Origin: a virus | Taxonomy: Duplodnaviria; Caudoviricetes | Length of the DNA: 29,569 nucleotides | Strand: one strand, 5' to 3' | IMG/VR virus record: IMGVR_UViG_3300028610_000690 | Span: 1-29,569 of that record | Shown here: in pieces, positions 7,870-16,357 of the stretch | Layout: each line of letters starts with the position of its first letter | How positions within the stretch are numbered: position 1 is the first letter of the stretch | Made by a program: the position numbers and the translations under genes | Notes under the pieces: model-generated | Told to the model about the DNA's origin: nothing | The model's database searches: none | What the model saw: the letters and a program-made list of their open reading frames with translations, nothing else

Positions 7870-8055
7870 TCACATAGATCTTCGCTTTCTTTCCCCGGGG
7901 TGCGTCAAGGTGAAGACCTTACCGTGGTCCTTACAGAAGTCTACGCAAGCTATGACGTGAGTGGGAATGTAGAGGCCCCGCTCGTAGTAGCCCTGCGGCC
8001 CGCTTGAGCATCCAAAAAACATCGCCACTGCTATGCTCAGGACAAGTTTCTGCAT
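7870..8055 (-). CDS. Putative small lipoprotein, possibly frameshifted (true stop may be at 7818)
   Basis: MQKLVLSIAVAMFFGC lipobox-like signal; Cys-rich continuation in the +1 frame. Confidence 0.55.
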   Translation of the reverse strand: MQKLVLSIAVAMFFGCSSGPQGYYERGLYIPTHVIACVDFCKDHGKVFTLTHPGERKRRSM

Positions 8056-8060
8056 TCTAC

Positions 8061-8270
8061 CTAGTCCTCGAACACATCACGAGTGACATGCTTAATGCCA
8101 ATCTTACTTGCTTCCCCATTACCCATGTTACCTTTCCACACGTCTACAGCAAACTCTGCTGCGCGCTCTTTGGCTTCCGGAGTCAGCCTTCTACCTACGG
8201 TATCACGATCAATGTTAGATCTCATTGTGCTCAATGCTCTCTCTCTTCGATCTTCTTTACTATCCCACAT
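8061..8270 (-). CDS. Hypothetical protein
   Basis: ORF with GGGGGAG RBS; fits the operon packing. Confidence 0.7.
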   Translation of the reverse strand: MWDSKEDRRERALSTMRSNIDRDTVGRRLTPEAKERAAEFAVDVWKGNMGNGEASKIGIKHVTRDVFED

Positions 8271-8321
8271 GTTCTCCCCCTTTACATACTTTCGTATGTG
8301 TTAGAATATAATCTAACTGTT

Positions 8322-8537
8322 CTATTTACCTGCCGTTTCCCAGTCAATCCCATCATCTGCCACTAATGCTCTGGGCGAGGAACCAACTTGATAATATACC
8401 TTGCTACAAGTACTGCATTTAAGATAATTGGATCCCCCTAATGCAGGCTTGCATTTCCATTTATATCCCCCACAAGCAGGACATAATATACTTTTGGGGT
8501 GTAGAATTTTGTTTAAAAATTTACGCATTCTTACCAC
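8322..8537 (-). CDS. Small zinc-ribbon hypothetical protein
   Basis: CPAC...CSTC; the start may be the ATG of MRKF. Confidence 0.6.
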   Translation of the reverse strand: MVRMRKFLNKILHPKSILCPACGGYKWKCKPALGGSNYLKCSTCSKVYYQVGSSPRALVADDGIDWETAGK

Positions 8538-8950
8538 CTTAACTTTAGATCCGCATTAAGACCTGTTTTTGTCCCGTAAAATAGAGGATCACTTCCGCCT
8601 CCACCATCATGGGTCTGAGTCCATACGCGGGTCTCTACCTTATATCCTTCTTCTTCTAAAATCACCTTGAGACGTTTACATGCTGCGGAATAATAAGCGT
8701 AAAAAGCATCACTATCGGGAGCCCCAAACATACCACCAGTAATTCTGACAGTAGAATGATTTACGCCCCTAGCAGTTGCTTTTCCTATCGCCTTTCTTAT
8801 CTCGGGCATAAATCTCTTGCGGGCTTCTACTCGCCCAGCTTTACCTTGCTTCTTAATATGAAGCTCTGCTTTCCTTTTCTCTTCACGTTTCTTGGCGACG
8901 TCGTCATCACGCGTTGTTTTTGAAGCTCTTCTGGCTTGTCTTGCGTCCAT
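8531..8950 (-). CDS. Basic hypothetical protein (likely paralog of 8953..9402)
   Basis: K/R-rich N-terminus; EIRKA...G, LEEEGYKV and terminal LRW pattern. Confidence 0.75.
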   Translation of the reverse strand: MDARQARRASKTTRDDDVAKKREEKRKAELHIKKQGKAGRVEARKRFMPEIRKAIGKATARGVNHSTVRITGGMFGAPDSDAFYAYYSAACKRLKVILEEEGYKVETRVWTQTHDGGGGSDPLFYGTKTGLNADLKLRW

Positions 8951-8952
8951 AT

Positions 8953-9402
8953 TTACCAGCTCCTACCATAGATATCTGTTCTAGGTTTATTATGTCCTTC
9001 TCCTGGTCCCCAAGATACTTCTACTCCACCTCTAATGATCGTAGTCATGATTCCCACTCTCTCTGTCTCGGGCCAGATCACTGTGGCCTTAAACCCTGCC
9101 TTCTTAAGCTTAGCCACAAGGGCTTCACTAATTCCTCGAATGGTACCTCCTCCCGAACCCCGCCAATCCGAAAACGTAAATCTAATATATTCTTCTCCCT
9201 TGTCTGCCGCTTCTCTTATCTCCTGACGACATTCCTTATACTTCTCTCCACGCCCAAGCTTCTTCGAAGCCACTGCTTCAGCATCCCATTTCTTTCTATC
9301 AGCACGACCCTTCGCTCGTTTCTGCTCGGCCACTCTATTCTTACCACGAGTGGTTCGTCTTCGTATACCCCCAGCAGTAATTTCTACGTCTTTCTCAGGC
9401 AT
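8953..9402 (-). CDS. Basic hypothetical protein (likely paralog of 8531..8950)
   Basis: K/R-rich N-terminus; EIREAADKG, LKKAGFKA and VSW pattern. Confidence 0.75.
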   Translation of the reverse strand: MPEKDVEITAGGIRRRTTRGKNRVAEQKRAKGRADRKKWDAEAVASKKLGRGEKYKECRQEIREAADKGEEYIRFTFSDWRGSGGGTIRGISEALVAKLKKAGFKATVIWPETERVGIMTTIIRGGVEVSWGPGEGHNKPRTDIYGRSW

Positions 9403-9414
9403 GGCTAAACCCTT

Positions 9415-9597
9415 TCATTTGTCTGGATGTTTCTGACAATAAACCTTACCAATCTCTGCCTTTTCTTTACATGCAATGGTATAGCACTCTTGAGACCACC
9501 CAGTCTGTTTGACGTGGGTGGGGCAGTAGTAATCGAAGCCCCACACATTGTCGATGCAGCTTGCATAGTTACATACTCGTGATCCGTAATCAGACAT
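9415..9597 (-). CDS. Small Cys/His-rich protein with two CxxxxC...YCxxH units
   Basis: CNYASC...YCPTH and CYTIAC...YCQKH. Confidence 0.7.
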   Translation of the reverse strand: MSDYGSRVCNYASCIDNVWGFDYYCPTHVKQTGWSQECYTIACKEKAEIGKVYCQKHPDK

Positions 9598-9601
9598 GTT
9601 A

Positions 9602-9844
9602 TTAATCTCTTAACTCCCTTAGCCCTCTTGGTTCGTAAGGACTTTTAGGCTTATAATTCCCTATCTTTCTTGGTTCGTAAGGACTCTTAGTCTTACGATA
9701 CCCAACCTTCAAAGCCTTGCGTAGCTTAGGTAGGGTCTTCTGACAAAAGAGACATGTCCAACCGATCATCATGTCACAACTACATGCCTGGTTGAGAACG
9801 TCTTGTAGTAACTGTTTGTTAGACACTGTTTCTTTACGTATCAT
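9602..9844 (-). CDS. Hypothetical protein with a duplicated KSPYEPR peptide
   Basis: CSC...CLFC; ATGA overlap with the EndoVII stop. Confidence 0.65.
   Translation of the reverse strand: MIRKETVSNKQLLQDVLNQACSCDMMIGWTCLFCQKTLPKLRKALKVGYRKTKSPYEPRKIGNYKPKSPYEPRGLRELRD
9626..9690. repeat. Two-copy 23-bp direct repeat, 42-nt period, inside a CDS
   Basis: tcttggttcgtaaggact(t/c)ttag at 9626-9648 and 9668-9690; in frame, encodes KSPYEPR twice. Confidence 0.85.
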
Positions 9845-10257
9845 GCTTTCTTCTCCGACGCTTTCCTCAAATATGCTATTGCAGTCCGTAATCTTCGGGG
9901 ACTATCCTTAAACATCCCTAATCCTGAGTTACAATTGCTACACAATAGTCCTCGAACCTTATCGGTCTTATGGTTATGGTCGATTACTAACTTCTTCTCA
10001 GGAATTGTTGCACAAATAGCACAACTACCTTCTTGTTCCCACATCATTTGAGCATACCTATCTACGGTCAGACCGGGGTAGTTACGTACTATCGCCTCAA
10101 CAGTTTTGCAGCCCTTACATCTATGGTCTAGTCCATCCTTTTTAGTGCGGTCCCTATCGAATTGGTCGTTAGGTAAATACTTGTAACAGTAATCACACTC
10201 TTTATTCTTATCAAGATCTACGCCCACTTCACCATAAAGCATATTTTGTATCGCCAT
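9841..10257 (-). CDS. Recombination endonuclease VII family protein
   Basis: CAIC...LVIDHNHKTDKVRGLLCSNCNSGLGMFKDS...AIAYL, plus an N-terminal CxxC...CxxC zinc module. Confidence 0.92.
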   Translation of the reverse strand: MAIQNMLYGEVGVDLDKNKECDYCYKYLPNDQFDRDRTKKDGLDHRCKGCKTVEAIVRNYPGLTVDRYAQMMWEQEGSCAICATIPEKKLVIDHNHKTDKVRGLLCSNCNSGLGMFKDSPRRLRTAIAYLRKASEKKA

Positions 10258-10277
10258 CTATCTTATCCTCTACTACA

Positions 10278-10306
10278 ATTATACGTAATCATCCCCTATT
10301 TAGCAA
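10278..10306 (-). promoter_or_regulatory. Sigma70-type promoter upstream of EndoVII
   Basis: TTGCTA (10306-10301), 17 nt, TATAAT (10283-10278). Confidence 0.75.
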
Positions 10307-10505
10307 GCCGTTTCCGTAAAGATTTACGACCTCTCCGGGAAATCTTGTAGCAAGGCCAGCCTGCACCCCTACCCCTCTTTGGAAAAGACTTGTCTAAAAT
10401 ACCTTCATGTACCATGTCCTCCAAATCCCAATAGTTAAAGTCGCGGACTGATAATCCCCACTTCTGTTGTTTCTTGGCTCGCTTCAATATCTCAAGTTTG
10501 TTCAT
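10296..10505 (-). CDS. Small basic hypothetical protein (possibly winged-helix-like)
   Basis: LEDMVHEGIL...YKISRRGRKSL resembles wHTH wings; weak. Confidence 0.6.
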   Translation of the reverse strand: MNKLEILKRAKKQQKWGLSVRDFNYWDLEDMVHEGILDKSFPKRGRGAGWPCYKISRRGRKSLRKRLAK

Positions 10506-10709
10506 TTATAAATCCTCTGGGTGAATCTGTATCACTTTTGGGTCGCAGAAACATTCTTCTCCGCCTGTATGTGCACCGGGTATGTCCCTACAAATAATTA
10601 GCTCAGCACTCCTACCACTTTGCCTAACCATCTTGATCGCTACCTTCAGGGCTTCTTGACGATACCCCTGTTTGAAAGATATCTCGTCCGTCGTTGTGTC
10701 TTCTGACAT
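10506..10709 (-). CDS. Hypothetical protein
   Basis: Probable start MSEDTT (ATG 10709, GAGGAG upstream); H...CFCDP motif; overlaps the tail of the upstream ORF. Confidence 0.55.
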   Translation of the reverse strand: MSEDTTTDEISFKQGYRQEALKVAIKMVRQSGRSAELIICRDIPGAHTGGEECFCDPKVIQIHPEDL

Positions 10710-11436
10710 TGATTTTCTGTTTCTCCTCAGGCCACCCTGCGTCTCGTAAGGCTCGAAGGCGGGCAAGCTCTCTCCGCTTCTCCGGTGTTAGTTTCTGGCC
10801 CTCCCCGTGTAACTTATCCTCATAGAAATATCGATAAGAATCGTCAGTAGTCCACTTGGAATCTATTTCACACTTCCACTTATGGGTATTGATAAGATAG
10901 TCGGGGCGTTCTCCCTTTCGTAAATTGCTAGGAGAAGTAATTACTGAGGGTTCATGCCATATGATTCGGTTGTTGGGCTGGGCCGCGATACAACCGCAGT
11001 CTAGCTGTATGATGTGGGCATTCTTATGACCGTCCTCTCCAGGCTCTTCGGAATCATTGTTTCCGTACCAATCAACAGTAAACATGTAAGACCCATCAAA
11101 GACTTGATGGTCTCTTACAGCTACCTGAACTCTCATTTCGTGCAGCCAATCAAAATCTGTGACTGAAACGTCGTAAGCAAAACAATCCCACAACTGAAGA
11201 TAATGAAGGGGGAGGTGGGGCTCATGTTGCGTAAAAACTAAAGCACTTACTGGTAAACGTGCTATCTGAGCCCCATGTTCCGTAAGAACATGAAACCCTA
11301 AAGCTCTCCCATAAACACTTGAAAGTCCAAACACTGTCCCATGGATGTATTCTCCATGATGCTTCTGTAAGTCGTATAAATACTCCTTACGAATGAAACA
11401 ATCGAATACCGGGACATTGGCATTAAGTTCAGGCAT
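10624..11436 (-). CDS. Conserved-looking hypothetical phage protein
   Basis: IRKEYLYDL, RLPVSAL, LQLWDCF, YMFTVDW, HK..H and QPNNRI motifs, recalled from phage proteins of unknown function (not verified). Confidence 0.7.
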   Translation of the reverse strand: MPELNANVPVFDCFIRKEYLYDLQKHHGEYIHGTVFGLSSVYGRALGFHVLTEHGAQIARLPVSALVFTQHEPHLPLHYLQLWDCFAYDVSVTDFDWLHEMRVQVAVRDHQVFDGSYMFTVDWYGNNDSEEPGEDGHKNAHIIQLDCGCIAAQPNNRIIWHEPSVITSPSNLRKGERPDYLINTHKWKCEIDSKWTTDDSYRYFYEDKLHGEGQKLTPEKRRELARLRALRDAGWPEEKQKINVRRHNDGRDIFQTGVSSRSPEGSDQDG

Positions 11437-11444
11437 TAATATTC

Positions 11445-12353
11445 CTAATTAGTGTAAGGTATTTCATTGAACTCAGCAACGTCGCCTTCCATGTCTCTCT
11501 CTGTATAGATAGCCTTAGGTTCAAATTCAATCTGCTGAGTCTCATTGATTCTTCTTTGAGCTATGTCAGTAAATGCTTGCTCAAGCTCAATTCCTACGTA
11601 CTGTCGCTTATGTTTATACGCCATTTTGGTCGTGGTACCCGCCCCATTAAAAGGATCTAGCACCACCATTCCTTGCTCCGTAAAGGCGAGAATGAAATCC
11701 TCAGCAATAGCTTCCGCCATCAACGCAGGATGCTCATATGCATATTTGTCTGTAGTCGTATGACCGCTCCCCAAAGGATAGTACAAATAATTACCCGGAT
11801 CCTTACCCCACAGATCACTAGACTGGTTACGTGTAAACTTTACAAGAGACCCGTCCTGCTGCCTTATCCTAGAAGTTACTGCTTTTTTGGCGGCGTTTGT
11901 ATACCTTACACGCATGTGTTTATTGTTGAACGTAATCCCACCCTTACCTTTTTTGTAAATATACATGTGCTCCCAGCCTGGCCGGGACCTCTGAGAGGAC
12001 TTACCAGGCATAGGGTCTTTCAATAATGCATAATGGTCATGAAGATACAAGGGCTCAGGGATGTCTTGAGTCCACCGAACTACACATTGATAAGACACTG
12101 TAGTTTTGAGTCCTCCCTCAACAGGATCTCCGATGTTCCAGCACAACACCCCACCAGGCTTAAGGACACGCTCAAAATGTGTACCCAGTTCCTTGATTCG
12201 GACTATGCTCTGGTACGCCTTCGACCTAGCCTCCGCATAAGGAGGGGAGGTAAGGATCAAATCTATAGACTCGTCCTCTATTGTCGGTAGAACTTCATAA
12301 CAATCCCCAACTATTAACTTATTCACCAGCTCGAGCCCGTTCGAGAGCCTCAA
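11445..12353 (-). CDS. DNA amino-methyltransferase (N4-cytosine/N6-adenine, beta class)
   Basis: LILTSPPY (motif IV) precedes HPA and VLDPFNGAGTT (motif I), then GIEL. Confidence 0.92.
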   Translation of the reverse strand: MRLSNGLELVNKLIVGDCYEVLPTIEDESIDLILTSPPYAEARSKAYQSIVRIKELGTHFERVLKPGGVLCWNIGDPVEGGLKTTVSYQCVVRWTQDIPEPLYLHDHYALLKDPMPGKSSQRSRPGWEHMYIYKKGKGGITFNNKHMRVRYTNAAKKAVTSRIRQQDGSLVKFTRNQSSDLWGKDPGNYLYYPLGSGHTTTDKYAYEHPALMAEAIAEDFILAFTEQGMVVLDPFNGAGTTTKMAYKHKRQYVGIELEQAFTDIAQRRINETQQIEFEPKAIYTERDMEGDVAEFNEIPYTN

Positions 12354-12594
12354 CCTGTCCTGCTAGGCCTGCTATTTCTCGCTTCAAGGTAGCAGTCTGT
12401 AAGGACAGCAGTGTTACCGACCACTGATAGCGGCTGGCCAAAAATAGGACAGCAGTATTTTCGTCACTCATATCTACCCAACCATTCTGATTGCGTACTT
12501 CTGCTGCAAACTCAGAATCGCTTAGCACATGGCTTACGACCGCTAAGGTTTCCTCTACAGACACGCCGTTCGGCTGTACTTCTACGTCACTCAT
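12319..12594 (-). CDS. Hypothetical protein with a coiled-coil C-terminus
   Basis: Start moved to MSDVEV (ATG 12594, GGAG upstream, overlapping the DHH stop). Confidence 0.65.
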   Translation of the reverse strand: MSDVEVQPNGVSVEETLAVVSHVLSDSEFAAEVRNQNGWVDMSDENTAVLFLASRYQWSVTLLSLQTATLKREIAGLAGQVEALERARAGE

Positions 12595-13606
12595 TGTAAG
12601 TCTCCAGTAATAGCTCTCCGAGCTTTTCAGAGAGCTGTTTGAAAATTGGTGATGCTTCACCGGTACCAACGCCGGCGGCTTGGGGGTGACCCCCACCCCC
12701 TAGCGGCTCAGCGAAATCTAGTGCGTTGGGCTTTGTGCCCTTCGCTTTGTGCCAAGATGTACCCCTGTACTTGGCACCGACTCGGAAGCTTAGAGACCCC
12801 CGCTTGATGTCAAACATTGCCACCAAGCCTGTCTTGGCCACTACCTCCGACCCCACCCACGATGCCCAGTCGTCAACCAGGCAGGTGTAGAACGGGGACT
12901 TGTACCCCTTATGCTTGACCAAAGTGGCCTGGGCTAGTGCCAAGCTACTTTGCTTCGCTTTGTCGACAGAACCAATGACTTCTTCCATATCTTCCACATT
13001 CATGTCGGGCTCGTCAGCTATTCTAAGGAACGTATGATAAGCAGTCTCTGCACCCACGGTGGCTACATAGTCAGCCAATTCTGTGGAGCGCGGAAGCATC
13101 CTATGCCACAAATCATGGTCGTTGACCAGCTCAGCAAACTTCTTGAACACATTGAACTTGTCAGAACCCCTACTACACTCGCGTAACACATCGAAGGTAA
13201 TCCTGGCACTACATCTCTCGCCCTCGATGATATTAAAACCACCCCAACCAGACGCGTCTGTGAAATTATTGATGTAAGGCTGCAATCTATCTAAATTGGT
13301 TGAGTGGTGATCAAAGATGGTCATCTTGGGAGCCAAGATAGTACCGATGTTCTTACATCCTTCCAAATTATTAGGAGCAGTATCGCACAGATATATGTGA
13401 TCATACTGGGCTTTAATCTTCTCGCACCACTCGGAGTCAGAGAAGTAATCGTCCAGAGCCTTTCGAGACGGGAACACTGCATCTATCTTGGTACCCTTCT
13501 TAAAAGGGATCTTGCTCCCATAGAACATCTCATAGAACTTGGTGATGATTACTGCAGAACCTGTACCGTCCAGGTCTGTGTCTGCGACGATTAATACCTT
13601 GTACAT
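12587..13606 (-). CDS. DHH/DHHA1 family phosphoesterase
   Basis: DTDLDG, LCD, FDHH, DHDLW and C-terminal GGGHPQAAG; start MYKV at 13606 after AAGGAG. Confidence 0.88.
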   Translation of the reverse strand: MYKVLIVADTDLDGTGSAVIITKFYEMFYGSKIPFKKGTKIDAVFPSRKALDDYFSDSEWCEKIKAQYDHIYLCDTAPNNLEGCKNIGTILAPKMTIFDHHSTNLDRLQPYINNFTDASGWGGFNIIEGERCSARITFDVLRECSRGSDKFNVFKKFAELVNDHDLWHRMLPRSTELADYVATVGAETAYHTFLRIADEPDMNVEDMEEVIGSVDKAKQSSLALAQATLVKHKGYKSPFYTCLVDDWASWVGSEVVAKTGLVAMFDIKRGSLSFRVGAKYRGTSWHKAKGTKPNALDFAEPLGGGGHPQAAGVGTGEASPIFKQLSEKLGELLLETYNE

Positions 13607-13616
13607 ATTAAACTCC

Positions 13617-13871
13617 TTAACAAGAAATGGTAACAAACTTATCTTCGGACCGAAGACCCTCAAGTATCTCATCAGTAGCGGCACCTGCCGTGCTCTTTAC
13701 AGCTTCCTGGTGAATCCTGGGCATAGCTACAGCGTTCAAGCGCTCATGGAGGATCGCCAATCCCTCAAGCACATCGTCGCATTCGATGTTAGCTATACTA
13801 GTACTTACCATACGAAACGGGCTATCCTTATCAGGATTATCCCCATAAAAAGAAACGGATAAATTACCCAT
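13617..13871 (-). CDS. Hypothetical protein
   Basis: AAGGAG RBS; fits the operon. Confidence 0.65.
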   Translation of the reverse strand: MGNLSVSFYGDNPDKDSPFRMVSTSIANIECDDVLEGLAILHERLNAVAMPRIHQEAVKSTAGAATDEILEGLRSEDKFVTISC

Positions 13872-13912
13872 AGCAAAGCTCCTTGTGACTGCCTCCCGAA
13901 GAGGCGAGTCTT

Positions 13913-14413
13913 TTATAGCAATCCGAGTCTGCGAGCTACTCTCTGGTTCTGCGTGAACCGAGTATAGCGGGTACCCTTCTCAGAAGTCCAGCTTGTGAGA
14001 AGACGCTCGGAGGCATAGCGTCGTTGAAATCGGATTGCTTCCTCAGTCCTTCCAAGGAAACGGGACAGAAAATGGTTGGTGAAACGGTTGCTCGGAGCAA
14101 CTAGGACCATGGCGATATCAACATCAGACCATGCATCACCGGTATTCCCGGGGAACAGATTCATCAGACGCGCATTGCCCATCTGAGCCTTCTTGGACTC
14201 TCTACGAAGTCTCTCTGTATGGAAAGCATAGCCACTGGCTACACTCTTAACCAGCCGCAATGTGCTGGGGTGGCGGGATGCTGAAACATTACGGAACTCC
14301 CGTAAAGCGCTGTCAAAATCACCAGCCTGAAGGAAACCAACTCCTTTACGGATGGTGAAGACGCCCCGGGCCACAGCCGGGGCAGTTCGTCGACGAATAT
14401 TAAAACGAGGCAT
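13913..14413 (-). CDS. Arg-rich hypothetical protein
   Basis: TAATG coupling and AAGGAG RBS; WS...LGRTEEAIRFQR is faintly Myb/HTH-like. Confidence 0.7.
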   Translation of the reverse strand: MPRFNIRRRTAPAVARGVFTIRKGVGFLQAGDFDSALREFRNVSASRHPSTLRLVKSVASGYAFHTERLRRESKKAQMGNARLMNLFPGNTGDAWSDVDIAMVLVAPSNRFTNHFLSRFLGRTEEAIRFQRRYASERLLTSWTSEKGTRYTRFTQNQRVARRLGLL

Positions 14414-14979
14414 TACTTATTCTCCTTTGGTTTGGGACCAAACTTCGGTCTCATGTCTGTATACTTGGCGTTAGCCTTTTTCAGCTTAACCATGTGTTGA
14501 AAATGTTCATCTATCACAGTGGCTAACTTTTCGATCTTACAGAAACACAACGCCGGATGTTCTGGATCAAATATAACATAGAAATCGTTGCAAGTAAAGT
14601 GATTATCTGTCTGATTCTTGTAAGCATCAATATCCGAAGCAACCACGTAAACCATTGGGATAACAACTGCTCTCGTAAGCTCCCGATTTACTTTGACAAA
14701 CAACGACATAGGGTGCCTATCATAGAACTTCTTCTTTCGTACAGGTACACTGAACTTCTTCCAAGTAACCGGATATGGAGCCTCAGTAGGCCATTTACTA
14801 CCTTGTGTACTCTCAATCTCGATTGCGAACTCCTCGTACCCAAGTGCAGTGGCTTCCACATCAATACCGTATTGATCGCCGCGATGAAGTTCTAACTTGT
14901 ACTTTGAAAGCCTCTTGCTGCGCTTGATAAGATCATAAATCTTCTCTTCCGCAGAGAATGCGTTTTTGTAGTCTACCAA
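14413..14979 (-). CDS. Hypothetical protein, possible PD-(D/E)xK-fold nuclease
   Basis: AE...YGIDV...IEIE pattern (D...ExE variant); TTG start after GAGGGAG. Confidence 0.5.
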   Translation of the reverse strand: MVDYKNAFSAEEKIYDLIKRSKRLSKYKLELHRGDQYGIDVEATALGYEEFAIEIESTQGSKWPTEAPYPVTWKKFSVPVRKKKFYDRHPMSLFVKVNRELTRAVVIPMVYVVASDIDAYKNQTDNHFTCNDFYVIFDPEHPALCFCKIEKLATVIDEHFQHMVKLKKANAKYTDMRPKFGPKPKENK

Positions 14980-14981
14980 AG

Positions 14982-15872
14982 TTATACTCCCTCTCCTTGA
15001 CAGGATGGGCAGAAGTGCGTGGATCTTCCTGCAAGTTTGATTCGTTTAATTAGAGTATTGCACTCGACACATTTCTGGCCGGTCTTCTGGTACACCCGGT
15101 GGTAATGCTGGTAAGAACCTTCACTACCGTCCGTGGTCGTGTAGTCAGACGTAGAGGATCCTCGATACTTGATCCCCTGCTTCAACACTGTCTTTACTGC
15201 AAATCGGAGCTTGTCGATCTGCTCTTCCTTTAGGGACATTCCCCTGGTAGCAGGGTGGATACCAGCACAAAAACATGCTTCATCCGCATAGATGTTTCCT
15301 ACTCCTGCTATTTTAGTTTGATCCAACAAAACCGCTTTCACGGCCCTTTTACCCCTCATGATCTTGGAAAAATCCTTCACAGTTATTCCTAGGGCATCAG
15401 GTCCCAGCCCTCTAAGGCCGGGAACATCTAGTCTCTCTATGTCCTGAACGTCTTCTACCAACCATACGTTCCCAAAGAGACGGACGTCATTGAAATGTAA
15501 CTCAAGATCCTCTTCTTCATCGGAAGGATCAATCAATTCCATAAGCACATGGGTATGTTTATCCACATATTTATCACCTGTAAACTGATCCACAAAAGCT
15601 ACATCTGGGGTTTCGTAAACCCACAACTTACCTGTCATACCGAGGTGGATAACAAGTACATTGTCATTAGACAACGGCATTATGATATACTTGCCTTTTC
15701 GCAAAATTGTTATGATGCTCTGATTCATTATTCCCTGATAGAATCGCTCTGGATCCGTCCTCAAGAGATGATTGATAGCTTTTTCACGTAACACTAAGCC
15801 AGTAATAACCCTTCCCATAATTTGGGATCTCAGATCTCGAACAATTGTTTCAACTTCGGGAAGCTCAGGCAT
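14982..15872 (-). CDS. mutM: Formamidopyrimidine-DNA glycosylase
   Basis: MPELPEVE N-terminus, RKGKY, HLGMTG, DVRLFG, LLDQ..IAGVGNIYADE (H2TH) and a C-terminal CxxC...CPSCQ zinc finger. Confidence 0.97.
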   Translation of the reverse strand: MPELPEVETIVRDLRSQIMGRVITGLVLREKAINHLLRTDPERFYQGIMNQSIITILRKGKYIIMPLSNDNVLVIHLGMTGKLWVYETPDVAFVDQFTGDKYVDKHTHVLMELIDPSDEEEDLELHFNDVRLFGNVWLVEDVQDIERLDVPGLRGLGPDALGITVKDFSKIMRGKRAVKAVLLDQTKIAGVGNIYADEACFCAGIHPATRGMSLKEEQIDKLRFAVKTVLKQGIKYRGSSTSDYTTTDGSEGSYQHYHRVYQKTGQKCVECNTLIKRIKLAGRSTHFCPSCQGEGV

Positions 15873-16345
15873 TATACTTCCTGTTCTTTTCTCGCCAAGA
15901 AGAAAGCAGGATAATCCTGCTTCTCTAGATCAGCGTAAGCACCTCTAAAAATATAAGCACACACACCCACAGCTTCCAATCCTTCCGAACTTCTTGACAA
16001 ACTATCTCGAACAAGATTCGCAGCCTGAAAAGAAGTAATGACATCGTCGACGATAAGGTATCTCCCGGTATTAAATTGAGGGCCACGTATCTTTCCTTTC
16101 TTATCAATGATCACGAACGGTTTCTGTTTAGCAAACGCTGTTAGAAATCCAGGAACAATTCCACCCAACGCAGGAGAGGCGACGAAATCTATCTCCTCCC
16201 ATAGCTCCTCTGGCACCTCTCTGATCAACCTTTCTACATAGTCTGCAGCCTCACGAGGCTGCAGCAGATCGAAGTCATAAAACACACCAGACTGACGTCC
16301 GGAAGAGAGGGTAAATTCACCCTCCAAACGACACTCTTCGAACAT
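15872..16345 (-). CDS. Orotate phosphoribosyltransferase-like (type I PRTase)
   Basis: GEFTLSSGRQSGVFYD, ALGG, LIVDDVITS; the catalytic loop is divergent from PyrE. Confidence 0.75.
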   Translation of the reverse strand: MFEECRLEGEFTLSSGRQSGVFYDFDLLQPREAADYVERLIREVPEELWEEIDFVASPALGGIVPGFLTAFAKQKPFVIIDKKGKIRGPQFNTGRYLIVDDVITSFQAANLVRDSLSRSSEGLEAVGVCAYIFRGAYADLEKQDYPAFFLARKEQEV

Positions 16346-16357
16346 TGTTGTAAGCTC

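Noticed and set aside
9626-9690. Mini CRISPR array
   Set aside because: Only two copies with a 19-nt gap, an in-frame 42-nt period inside a CDS and no cas genes; an intragenic duplication.
13887-13914. Terminator at the GACT-GCCTC/GAGGC-AGTC hairpin
   Set aside because: The T-run follows it only on the plus (antisense) strand; on the coding strand it is followed by an RBS, so its function cannot be assigned.
11445-14979. Restriction-modification system (methyltransferase plus PD-(D/E)xK-like ORF)
   Set aside because: The genes are separated by four unrelated ORFs and the nuclease call is weak; an orphan methyltransferase is the simpler reading.
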